Positions 25,264 to 33,689 of a DNA stretch of 37,402 nucleotides are shown piece by piece (within the stretch, counting starts at the first letter, position 1; each line of letters begins with the position of its first letter). Location: IMG/VR virus record IMGVR_UViG_3300045988_064538; one strand, written 5' to 3'. A program made the translations under genes and the position numbers. This DNA comes from a virus. The notes under the pieces were generated by a model. It was not told the DNA's origin. It was given only the letters and a program-made list of their open reading frames with translations, and searched no databases.

Positions 25264-27867
25264 ATGAATTTAGCGGATTTAATTTTAAGATTACGAGTTG
25301 ACGGAAGAGAACAAGCTAATCAAGAAATTGACGAAGCAACAAAACATGCAGAAAGTGCTACTGAACGTGGTAATGGAGCATTATCAAAGCTAGGTGGGGT
25401 TGTTGTTAAAGTTGGTTCGATGTGCGCCAAAGGTGTAGCGTTTTGTGCAACAGGTATTTCAACAATTACAGGTTTCGCGGTGAATGCGTATGGCGAATAC
25501 GAACAATTGGTCGGTGGTGTTGAAACACTTTTCGGTGCTCAAGGAATGAGCATAAAACAATATGCCAAAAGTGTTGGAAAAACAGTATCAGACGTTCAAG
25601 GTGATTACGCAAAACTTATTAAAGCTCAAAATAATGTAATGTCAAACGCTCACAAAGCTTATATAAAGCAAGGAATGAGCGCAAATAAGTATATGGAAAC
25701 AGTTACGACATTTAGCGCATCATTATTGCAAGGTTTAAAGGGTGATACGGTCAAAGCTAGTAAAGTTGCGGACATGGCAGTAACCGACATGGCGGATAAC
25801 GCTAATAAAATGGGTACGCAAATGGAAATGATACAAAACGCGTATCAAGGTTTCTCGAAACAAAACTATACAATGCTAGACAACTTGAAATTAGGTTATG
25901 GCGGTACTAAATCCGAAATGGAAAGATTACTAGCCGATGCAGAAAAGCTAACAGGGGTTAAATATGACATCAACAATCTAGCGGATGTATACAATGCAAT
26001 TCATGCTATTCAAAAGAATCTAGGAATTACAGGAACAACCGCCAAAGAAGCAATGCACACAATTCAAGGCTCTATGAATATGACAAAAGCATCATGGGAA
26101 AATCTTATGATAGGATTGTCAGACGGAAAACAAGATATCAGAGAATTGGCAAATCAATTTGGTACGTCATTTAATACTTTGGTTGATAATGTATTTCCGA
26201 GAGTCAAACAAGCTTTTGAAACAATACCGCTAGTAATGACGTTAATAATTCCACAATTATTGAATACAATCATCAATTTATTGCCGTCACTTTTGGGCGC
26301 AGTAGGACAATTGATTAGTGGTATTGCTCAAGCGTTACCAAGTCTAGCCACAAGCCTTTTCGGAGCGGTTAAGACTATATTTACAATGATTGTAAATGCA
26401 TTTACAAGCGGAGCACCTAAATTTATGGAATCCGCCAAGCAAATGGTTTCTAATTTGTGTAAAGGAATCGAGCAAAACTTACCTAGCATCATAAGCAGTG
26501 CTTTAGATATGCTTTTGAAATTTTCACAAGCAATATTGGAATATGCACCGCAGTTAGTTTCGATGGGTATGGATTTATTGATTTCGTTAGCGAAAGGAAT
26601 TGCAGATGCGATACCTACACTAATTGAAAAAGTACCGACAATCATATCAAATCTAGCTAATGCATTTAGTAATAGTGCAAGTACAATTTTCTTAAAAGGA
26701 ATTGAAATTATTATCGAATTAGGCAAAGGTTTGATTCAAGCTATACCAACATTAATCGCAAACATTCCGCAAATTATTAAAGCAATTTTTGATGTATGGA
26801 ATGCAGTGAATTGGTGGAATTTAGGTAAATCGTTAATTGATGGTATCTTAAACGGAATCGCCAATCTATGCGGAAGCCTTAAATCATCGGTTAGTCAGAT
26901 TTTCACAGACATAGAGAATATCATTAAAAACTCTATATCAAATGCCAAAAATGGAGCGGTGAACATTTTCCAAAGTATGGCACAATTCTTAAAAGATATT
27001 GCCGTAGGAATTTGGAATGTTATTAAAGCAACATTTACATCCATGCAAGGTGGAATTGATGGAATATTCAACGCTATCAAAAATCTAGCATCTATTATTT
27101 GGAATGGAATTAAAAGCTCTATTTCAAGCGTTGTACAAGCTATTAAAAATACAGTTGTGAGCATTATTACATCGGTATACATCAGTGTATCGTCAATATT
27201 CACGAATTTAAGCACAGGTACAAGTTCAATATGGAATGGTATTAGGAATATTATTTCAAGCGTTGTTAACGGAATTAGAGGTAACGTTACAAATGCATTC
27301 AGTTCATTAAGAGGTACTGTATCAAGTGTTTGGAACGGTATTAAAACCGCAATCACCAATCCTATATCTACCGCAGTATCAGTGGTTAGCGGATGTATTA
27401 GCAGAATTCGAAGCGCATTTAATTTCTCGTGGAGGTTGCCACATTTAGCGTTACCACACATTTCAATTCGTGGAAGATTCAGTCTAAAGCCACCAAGTGT
27501 TCCACATTTCGGAATCAGTTGGTATAAAAAAGCAATGGATGAACCTTACATGTTTACTAGACCTACACTATTTGGAATGGATTCCGTAACAGGAAACCTA
27601 AGAGGTGCGGGCGAAAGTGGCGATGAAATGATGTACGGTAAAAACAATTTAATGAACGACATTCGTCAAGCGGTAGCAACGGAAAACAATGGAGTTGCAC
27701 AAGTAGTGTATGAATGTTTCGATAAATTGTTCGAAATTTTAGGTGAGTATTTCCCTATGTTTGGTAACGTGAAAATGGTGCTTGATACAGGCACTTTAGT
27801 GGCGGAAACAGTTGAAGAAATAGATAAACAATTAGGAATAATCAAAAAAAGAAAGGATAGCAACTAG
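25264..27867 (+). CDS. Tail tape measure protein
   Basis: 867 aa, helical, with internal repeats such as IWNGIKSSISSVV / IWNGIRNIISSVV / VWNGIKTAIT. Canonical position. Confidence 0.85.
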   Translation: MNLADLILRLRVDGREQANQEIDEATKHAESATERGNGALSKLGGVVVKVGSMCAKGVAFCATGISTITGFAVNAYGEYEQLVGGVETLFGAQGMSIKQYAKSVGKTVSDVQGDYAKLIKAQNNVMSNAHKAYIKQGMSANKYMETVTTFSASLLQGLKGDTVKASKVADMAVTDMADNANKMGTQMEMIQNAYQGFSKQNYTMLDNLKLGYGGTKSEMERLLADAEKLTGVKYDINNLADVYNAIHAIQKNLGITGTTAKEAMHTIQGSMNMTKASWENLMIGLSDGKQDIRELANQFGTSFNTLVDNVFPRVKQAFETIPLVMTLIIPQLLNTIINLLPSLLGAVGQLISGIAQALPSLATSLFGAVKTIFTMIVNAFTSGAPKFMESAKQMVSNLCKGIEQNLPSIISSALDMLLKFSQAILEYAPQLVSMGMDLLISLAKGIADAIPTLIEKVPTIISNLANAFSNSASTIFLKGIEIIIELGKGLIQAIPTLIANIPQIIKAIFDVWNAVNWWNLGKSLIDGILNGIANLCGSLKSSVSQIFTDIENIIKNSISNAKNGAVNIFQSMAQFLKDIAVGIWNVIKATFTSMQGGIDGIFNAIKNLASIIWNGIKSSISSVVQAIKNTVVSIITSVYISVSSIFTNLSTGTSSIWNGIRNIISSVVNGIRGNVTNAFSSLRGTVSSVWNGIKTAITNPISTAVSVVSGCISRIRSAFNFSWRLPHLALPHISIRGRFSLKPPSVPHFGISWYKKAMDEPYMFTRPTLFGMDSVTGNLRGAGESGDEMMYGKNNLMNDIRQAVATENNGVAQVVYECFDKLFEILGEYFPMFGNVKMVLDTGTLVAETVEEIDKQLGIIKKRKDSN

Positions 27868-27869
27868 TT

Positions 27870-28562
27870 ATGTTTGGTGTAAAATTCGGAAATAAGCACT
27901 CATATGATGATTTCAACATGTATTTAAAAGAAAAAGATATAGGCTTTCCCGATGTTAAGCGTGAAACGGTAGAAATAGAAGGTCGTGACGGAAGTATCGA
28001 CCTTTCTACAGTTTTAACGAACGATGTTAAATACAAGAATAGAAAGCTATCGTTCACATTTCAAGCTATCGGAAGTAAATTTGATTTTCCTAATATCATT
28101 TCTAAAATTTCTAATTATTTACACGGTAGAAATTATCACGTTGTTTTAGATGAGGATAAAACATTTTATTATGAAGGTAATGTAACGATTAATAAATTCA
28201 AAACTAGCAAAGCGCTTGGAGAAATTACGATAGATGTGGATGCACAACCGTATAAAATGGAAGTTGTCGCAACAGGTGAACCGTGGATATGGGATACATT
28301 CTCATTTGTTGATGGAATCATCCATGCATCAGAATTAACAGTAAATGGAACGGCAACAATAAACCTTATAAACAGGCGAAAGGTTGTATCACCAACAATT
28401 ACGTGTTCGGATGCTATGAGCGCTACACTAAATGGAGTTACAGTCCAATTAAAAAAAGGAGAAAATAAAGTTTTCGACTTTAGATTAAAAGAAGGTGACA
28501 ATGTTGTTACTTTTAAAGGTAATGGCAAAGTCAATATTATGTATAGAGGGGGTTCATTATAA
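27870..28562 (+). CDS. Distal tail protein (Dit)
   Basis: 230 aa immediately after the tape measure. The N-terminal FGNKHSYDDF...VKRETVEIEGRDGSIDLS pattern is typical of siphovirus tail component proteins. Confidence 0.7.
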   Translation: MFGVKFGNKHSYDDFNMYLKEKDIGFPDVKRETVEIEGRDGSIDLSTVLTNDVKYKNRKLSFTFQAIGSKFDFPNIISKISNYLHGRNYHVVLDEDKTFYYEGNVTINKFKTSKALGEITIDVDAQPYKMEVVATGEPWIWDTFSFVDGIIHASELTVNGTATINLINRRKVVSPTITCSDAMSATLNGVTVQLKKGENKVFDFRLKEGDNVVTFKGNGKVNIMYRGGSL

Positions 28563-31075
28563 TGTACACAGTATATTGCGATGAAAAGCCTATTTATGAT
28601 TTACGAAACGAAGAACTTGTGTTAGGCTCACCAAAATTAACTTTGGAAGAATCAAATACAGGTTCTTTTCAATTTACTATATTGCCGACACATCCATATT
28701 ATGATGATGTTATTGATTTGGTTTCGAATATTGTTGTAAAGCAAGATGGTGAAGAAATATTCAGTGGTATTCCAACGGAACACACAGAGGATTTCTACAA
28801 AAGAAGAACATTTTATTGTACAGGCGAATTATCGTATTTGAAAAACACAACTCAACCAATGGCAGAATATCACGATGTTACGGTTCGTGGGTTTCTAGAA
28901 GCGTTATTGAATATTCATAACGCAAAGGTTGTCGAAAAAAACAAATTCTATGTTGGAGAGGTAACTGTAAAAGATAACAACGATTCACTTTACAGATACA
29001 CGAATTATGAAACTACACTAGAGTGCATCAATGAAAAGTTGATAAAAAAATTAGGTGGTCACATCAAAATCAGAAAAGAAAACGGAAAGCGATATATCGA
29101 CTATATAGAAGATTATGCAAAGGTTTCTAATCAGATTATACAGTTTGGCGAAAACCTCATGGATTTTACCAAGGATTACGATACATCGGATATATGTACG
29201 GTATTAATTCCTTTAGGAGCTAGGCAAGATGAATCGCCAATTAGTGCTTTAGATGCATATTTAGATATAACGAGCGTTAACGATGGAAAGAATTACATAG
29301 TCAATCAAGAAGCCGTCAACAAGTACGGATGGATTGAAAAAGTAGTTAAATGGGATGATGTAAATGTTCCAACAATTTTAAAGACAAAAGGCGAAAAGTA
29401 TTTAAAAGAAGTACAATACGAGCCACAGACTTTAGAAATTAAAGCTATTGATTTACATAATCTAAACATTAATACCGATGCAATTAGGGTTTTGGATTCG
29501 GTTAGAGTTGTATCTAAACCGCACAATCTAGATAAATTCTTTTTAGTTACAAAACGACAAATTCCTTTAAATAAGCCGAGTGATGAAGTGTTCACATTCG
29601 GTGCTAAAATAAGAGAATCATTGACGGATACAACACAAAAAGAAAATGCAGATGTAAAAAACAAATTAAATTCAATTCCTAATAAATCGGAGATTTTAGA
29701 TGAAGCACGTAAAAACGCTACACAGATTATTCATGATGCAACGCACGGTCATGTCGTAACAACGGCTAACGAGCAATTAATCATGGATACAGATGATGTA
29801 AAAACCGCAAAGAATTTATGGAGATGGAATTTAGGCGGTTTAGCACATTCTAGTAACGGTTATGATGGTGCATATGACACGACTATAACAATGGATGGTC
29901 AAATTGCTGGTGAGCGCATTATTGCCAATTCAATCGATGCATCTAAATTAAGTATCAATTACAAGCAAAGTGTTGAAAAGAAAATAACCGTATCACTTGA
30001 TGATTCGAAGAAATATGCAGATGAAAAAGCAACAGGCGCAAAAGAATACACAGATGGACAAGTTACGGAAGCTAAAGATTACGCTAATACTCAAGCTAGT
30101 AACGCAGAATCGAAAGCCAACGAAGCAACGGACAAAAAGTTACAAAGCTATTGGACGAGTGTGGAAACGCAAACGAAAATTGAAAACAGTGCAGAAAAAG
30201 TAATTATTAGTGCATCTGAGAAAGCAACACAAATAGCAAACGAAGCACTAACGAACGCAAAAAACTACACAGATAACAAATTAGTTGATTATGTTACGAG
30301 TGCAAAATTAGAGGTTGAAAAAAATCAAATTTCTTTGAACGCACAAGAATACGCTATGGCATGCGCCAACTCATCGCTATCAAGTGCTAACGGGTACACG
30401 AATAGCCAATTAAAAGAATACGTTACAAGTGCGGACTTAAAGGTAAAAACAGATGCAATCGAAGCATCCGTATCAAAAAAAGTAGGAAACGATGAGTGGT
30501 CAACTAAGCTAAAACAAAGTGCAACGGATATTCAATTTGCATGGAATTCATGCAGTGATTACATCAAGTTTATTGATGGAGAAATGAAAGTGTATGAATC
30601 ATCAACTAATACAGATGATACATTGTTAGCTAGCTTCTATAAAAGAGGAATAACTTTATACAAAGATGGTTCGCGTTTAGGTATGATTGGAACAAATAAC
30701 ATTATAGGAAACGAAAGTGTTAAAGGAATTGTTTTCGATTTAAATTATAGCGGTTCATACATGGCTTGGGCATCAAAAGATGTTAACGACGATGTAAATG
30801 AATATACCATAAAATTAGCGTATGTTGGAAAAGGGAGAGGTTTTGAAAACCATGAAGAAGATGCGCTATATAGCACAGTAACGCTAGATATGCGAAACCA
30901 TTACCTAAAAAATCCTATATTTAAAATCGGCGATGATATAGGCAAAAATTTGACATTCAATTTCTATCAATGCACGAGTGTAACAGACCACAAAGGTAAT
31001 TTTCCAACCACACCATGTTATCTTAGATTCAAACACGGGTTAATGGTTGATGCTAAAGTGTTTCAAATAACATAG
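28562..31075 (+). CDS. Tail-associated protein (Tal / prophage tail endopeptidase family) with coiled-coil C-terminal half
   Basis: 837 aa after Dit. The mid-region has repeated K.YTD.Q...AK.YA-type coiled-coil units. Confidence 0.7.
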   Translation: MYTVYCDEKPIYDLRNEELVLGSPKLTLEESNTGSFQFTILPTHPYYDDVIDLVSNIVVKQDGEEIFSGIPTEHTEDFYKRRTFYCTGELSYLKNTTQPMAEYHDVTVRGFLEALLNIHNAKVVEKNKFYVGEVTVKDNNDSLYRYTNYETTLECINEKLIKKLGGHIKIRKENGKRYIDYIEDYAKVSNQIIQFGENLMDFTKDYDTSDICTVLIPLGARQDESPISALDAYLDITSVNDGKNYIVNQEAVNKYGWIEKVVKWDDVNVPTILKTKGEKYLKEVQYEPQTLEIKAIDLHNLNINTDAIRVLDSVRVVSKPHNLDKFFLVTKRQIPLNKPSDEVFTFGAKIRESLTDTTQKENADVKNKLNSIPNKSEILDEARKNATQIIHDATHGHVVTTANEQLIMDTDDVKTAKNLWRWNLGGLAHSSNGYDGAYDTTITMDGQIAGERIIANSIDASKLSINYKQSVEKKITVSLDDSKKYADEKATGAKEYTDGQVTEAKDYANTQASNAESKANEATDKKLQSYWTSVETQTKIENSAEKVIISASEKATQIANEALTNAKNYTDNKLVDYVTSAKLEVEKNQISLNAQEYAMACANSSLSSANGYTNSQLKEYVTSADLKVKTDAIEASVSKKVGNDEWSTKLKQSATDIQFAWNSCSDYIKFIDGEMKVYESSTNTDDTLLASFYKRGITLYKDGSRLGMIGTNNIIGNESVKGIVFDLNYSGSYMAWASKDVNDDVNEYTIKLAYVGKGRGFENHEEDALYSTVTLDMRNHYLKNPIFKIGDDIGKNLTFNFYQCTSVTDHKGNFPTTPCYLRFKHGLMVDAKVFQIT

Positions 31076-31089
31076 TAAAGGAGAATTGT

Positions 31090-31206
31090 ATGGATGATGT
31101 TAAGTATGTAATGCCCGAAATGGCAGAAATAAACGAGGATGATATTACAATTAAACCTATTGTATACATAGAAGAAAATGAAAAGGAGAAAGTAAATGAA
31201 GGTTGA
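31090..31206 (+). CDS. Small acidic hypothetical protein (38 aa)
   Basis: Good RBS aaggag 6 nt upstream of the ATG at 31090. Overlaps the next start. Confidence 0.3.
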   Translation: MDDVKYVMPEMAEINEDDITIKPIVYIEENEKEKVNEG

Positions 31207-31459
31207 AATTAAAGAAGATAGACCACTACCAATAAGCTTAGAAATGTTTAATGCAAAACAAGCGATTCTAGAGAATGTGTTAACAGTTCAAAAAGAATGT
31301 GGATTACCATATTTTGTGTTAGAAGGAATTTTAGCAGATGTTCTAGTGCAAATTCAAAGTGGTGCAAACAATGAAAGAACAATTGACTTTAATAAATATA
31401 TGGAAGGAATTAAAGAAGATTACGAAAAAGAATTGCAATCATTAAAAGGCGGTGAATAG
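31196..31459 (+). CDS. Hypothetical tail-module protein
   Basis: RBS aaaaggag upstream. 87 aa, helical and acidic. Confidence 0.5.
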   Translation: MKVEIKEDRPLPISLEMFNAKQAILENVLTVQKECGLPYFVLEGILADVLVQIQSGANNERTIDFNKYMEGIKEDYEKELQSLKGGE

Positions 31460-31462
31460 TAA

Positions 31463-33307
31463 ATGCCAAATATTCAAAATGAGATAAACCAAATTAAAAA
31501 TGCGGTTTACGGAGAAGAAGTTCGTGAATCGATTATCGGAGCAATTAAAAAAGTAAATGACGATAACGAGTCTTACGAAACAATCAAAGCAGAATTAAAA
31601 GGAATAAAAACAGATTTAGATAATTCAAAAGCAACACTAGAGAGCATTAAAAGTGCAACTAATACGGCATCGACAACGAAAGCAAACCTTGACACATCCA
31701 CTTCTAAAGCTACACAAGCTAAAAAAGACTTGGACAGTTCAATAACAGATGCTACAAGTGCAAAAAAAGCTTTAGACACATCGGTATCAACTGCCAATAC
31801 ATCTAAATCTAATTTAGATAAATCGGTAACGAGCGGTAATAATTCTAAAACAGAATTGGATAAATCTATTGAATCGGCAAAAACAAATAAAACTAACTTA
31901 GATTCATCTAATACAACGGCTACAAATACATTGAATTCTCTTAAATCAGAGAATTCAAAAGCTCAAGGATATTTGAATCAAGTAACATCAGAAAAAGCCA
32001 ATCAAATTTTAAACGGAATTTCAGATGTTAAAGACTATCTAGGATTAGTCGATACACAAGTCGTTGGATTACAGGTCGATTATAAGAATCGTACATTTAA
32101 ACGATTATGCGGAGCGGTTGGACTAAACAAAGGCTCGGATTTCAATAAGTTTAAAATGTATGGTGGACGTAGACGTTGTAATGTGGCGGATGATGGAACA
32201 ATCAAAGCGTATTATGGCGATAGCGGATATAAAGAAGATGGTTCAAATGGGCAAGTAATGGTTTATCAACCTAAATTCTATTACAACGTCGTGCCCGTTG
32301 AAACGGAGCAAATTTCAACAACAAAAAAAGGCTACCATATGCGTAAAGCTAATTATTACGTATCGGATGTGCCAAAACCAAACTTTAAAGTGCATCCCGT
32401 GTTCTTTGACAAAAACGGAAAAGAAACGGATTATGTATTATTATCGGCTTTTGAAGGTTCGTTATACGATACATCGGCTAGTAAATATCTAGCAAACGAT
32501 GAACAAGTTGCGGATTTTAGCACAGATAAATTATGTTCAATTGCGAATGTCCGTCCAACATCGGGATTATCACAAGATTTGACTAGACCAAAAACGGAAC
32601 AATTAGCAAAAAATCGTGGTGACGGTTGGCATCAATTAAACATTAAGATGACATCAATGGAACAATTACTAATGATGATTGAATTAGGGACTATGGATGT
32701 ACAAAGTGCAATTGGACAAGGTGTCACAAGTATTCCCGATAATGGTTCAACATCATGTGCATCTTATACAGGTTCAACATCATCACTAGGTAATAACACA
32801 GGAATGGCGAATGCAACCAAAGACTACACAGGAACATCCCAAACCGCAAATGGTAAAGTCGCTATTTCATATCGTGGAGTTGAAAACTTCTATGGTTCTA
32901 TTTGGAAGTTTGCAAGTGGAATGAATATCTATGGAAACGGAAAAATGGACGGTGGAATGGCATATATTTGCGATGATTTTACATATGCCGAAGGAAAGAA
33001 CACAGACAATTATAAACCGTGCGGATTTACATTAACGCCTAAAAGTGGATTTATTTCCGCGATGGGATATAGTGAAGAATACGATTGGTTGTTCCTAGCA
33101 TCTGAATGTAACGGCAATAGTGCTCTACCCGTTGGCGATTACACGTGGGTTACTGAAAACCTAAACGGTTATCGTATCGCCCTATTGGGTGGGCGTTGGA
33201 ATAATGGCGGTTATTCGGGGGCTTTCTGTTGGTATTTGGCTTACGGTGTCGGTAGTCGGAATCGTAATGTCGGTGGTCGCTTGTCGTATATCCCCACTAT
33301 GTCATAG
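31463..33307 (+). CDS. Tail fibre / receptor-binding protein, DGR target (C-terminal C-type-lectin-fold-like variable region)
   Basis: N-terminus NEINQIKNAVYGEEVRESIIGAI is typical of tail fibre anchors, followed by 14-residue repeats. The C-terminal GGRWNNGGYSGAFCWYLAYGVGSRNRNVGGRL is encoded by the VR. Confidence 0.85.
   Translation: MPNIQNEINQIKNAVYGEEVRESIIGAIKKVNDDNESYETIKAELKGIKTDLDNSKATLESIKSATNTASTTKANLDTSTSKATQAKKDLDSSITDATSAKKALDTSVSTANTSKSNLDKSVTSGNNSKTELDKSIESAKTNKTNLDSSNTTATNTLNSLKSENSKAQGYLNQVTSEKANQILNGISDVKDYLGLVDTQVVGLQVDYKNRTFKRLCGAVGLNKGSDFNKFKMYGGRRRCNVADDGTIKAYYGDSGYKEDGSNGQVMVYQPKFYYNVVPVETEQISTTKKGYHMRKANYYVSDVPKPNFKVHPVFFDKNGKETDYVLLSAFEGSLYDTSASKYLANDEQVADFSTDKLCSIANVRPTSGLSQDLTRPKTEQLAKNRGDGWHQLNIKMTSMEQLLMMIELGTMDVQSAIGQGVTSIPDNGSTSCASYTGSTSSLGNNTGMANATKDYTGTSQTANGKVAISYRGVENFYGSIWKFASGMNIYGNGKMDGGMAYICDDFTYAEGKNTDNYKPCGFTLTPKSGFISAMGYSEEYDWLFLASECNGNSALPVGDYTWVTENLNGYRIALLGGRWNNGGYSGAFCWYLAYGVGSRNRNVGGRLSYIPTMS
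33176..33284 (+). repeat. DGR variable repeat (VR)
   Basis: Aligns without gaps to 33381-33489 at offset 205. 19 mismatches, all where TR has A. The boundary is uncertain by a few nt (possibly to 33286). Confidence 0.9.
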
Positions 33308-33321
33308 ATTATTTAAGTATA

Positions 33322-33330
33322 TGTTATAAT
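33322..33330 (+). promoter_or_regulatory. Candidate extended -10 promoter (tgttataat) for the TR-spacer-RT transcript
   Basis: TGnTATAAT match 15 nt after the target gene stop and about 50 nt upstream of TR. No good -35. Confidence 0.35.
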
Positions 33331-33380
33331 ATACATAGGTTAATATCATCGTGATTTACTGATTTGCAAAAATTAAATCA

Positions 33381-33489
33381 ATCACCCAATTAGGTGGGAA
33401 TTGGAATAATGGCAGTAATTCGGGAGCTTTCTATTGGAATTTGAATAACAGTGTCAGTAATCGGAATCGTAATATCAGTGGTCACTTGT
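33381..33489 (+). repeat. DGR template repeat (TR)
   Basis: Noncoding copy of VR. Read in the VR frame it carries 10 AAY codons and several AGT codons. 33 adenines by hand count. Confidence 0.9.
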
Positions 33490-33689
33490 AATGTGCTTTA
33501 AGAATTAATTTTTGTTTAAAACCGAATCATCAAACGGTTCGGTTTTAATATAACTGAATGATATTGACCTTGGCACTTGCCAAAACATAAAAGACCGTAC
33601 TACACGGCAACAATTTAAAAGTGTATTAGTAGGCTATGTATTAGCTCGAAAGTTCGCAAAAATTGCATACGTTTTTAGAAGGATTTAGA
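33490..33689 (+). ncRNA. Spacer region of the putative DGR RNA (between TR and RT)
   Basis: About 200 nt with no ORF. Holds the hairpin aaaaccgaa(33518-33526)/ttcggtttt(33538-33546) and smaller stems ttggc-actt-gccaa and ccgt-actac-acgg. Confidence 0.45.

Noticed and set aside
26328-27461. Long minus-strand ORFs (26328-26726 and 26895-27461) inside the tape measure gene
   Set aside because: They are fully antisense to a strongly supported 867-aa gene in an otherwise unidirectional operon. They have no RBS, and their low-complexity Ile/Leu/Asn-rich translations are typical of antisense frames in AT-rich repeats.
28562-33175. A second, remote VR for the same TR elsewhere in the tail genes
   Set aside because: I scanned by eye for TR-derived strings such as tggaataatgg and cggaatcgtaat, and for the GG.W..GG peptide pattern in Tal and other tail ORFs, and found none. 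The scan was not exhaustive, so a proper TR-versus-genome alignment should confirm it.
33312-33336. AT-only hairpin (gtatat gttata atatac) just downstream of VR, as the DGR target-recognition cruciform
   Set aside because: It is only a 6-bp all-A/T stem with a 6-nt loop. Known examples have GC-containing stems with short loops. The same bases are better explained as an extended -10 element.
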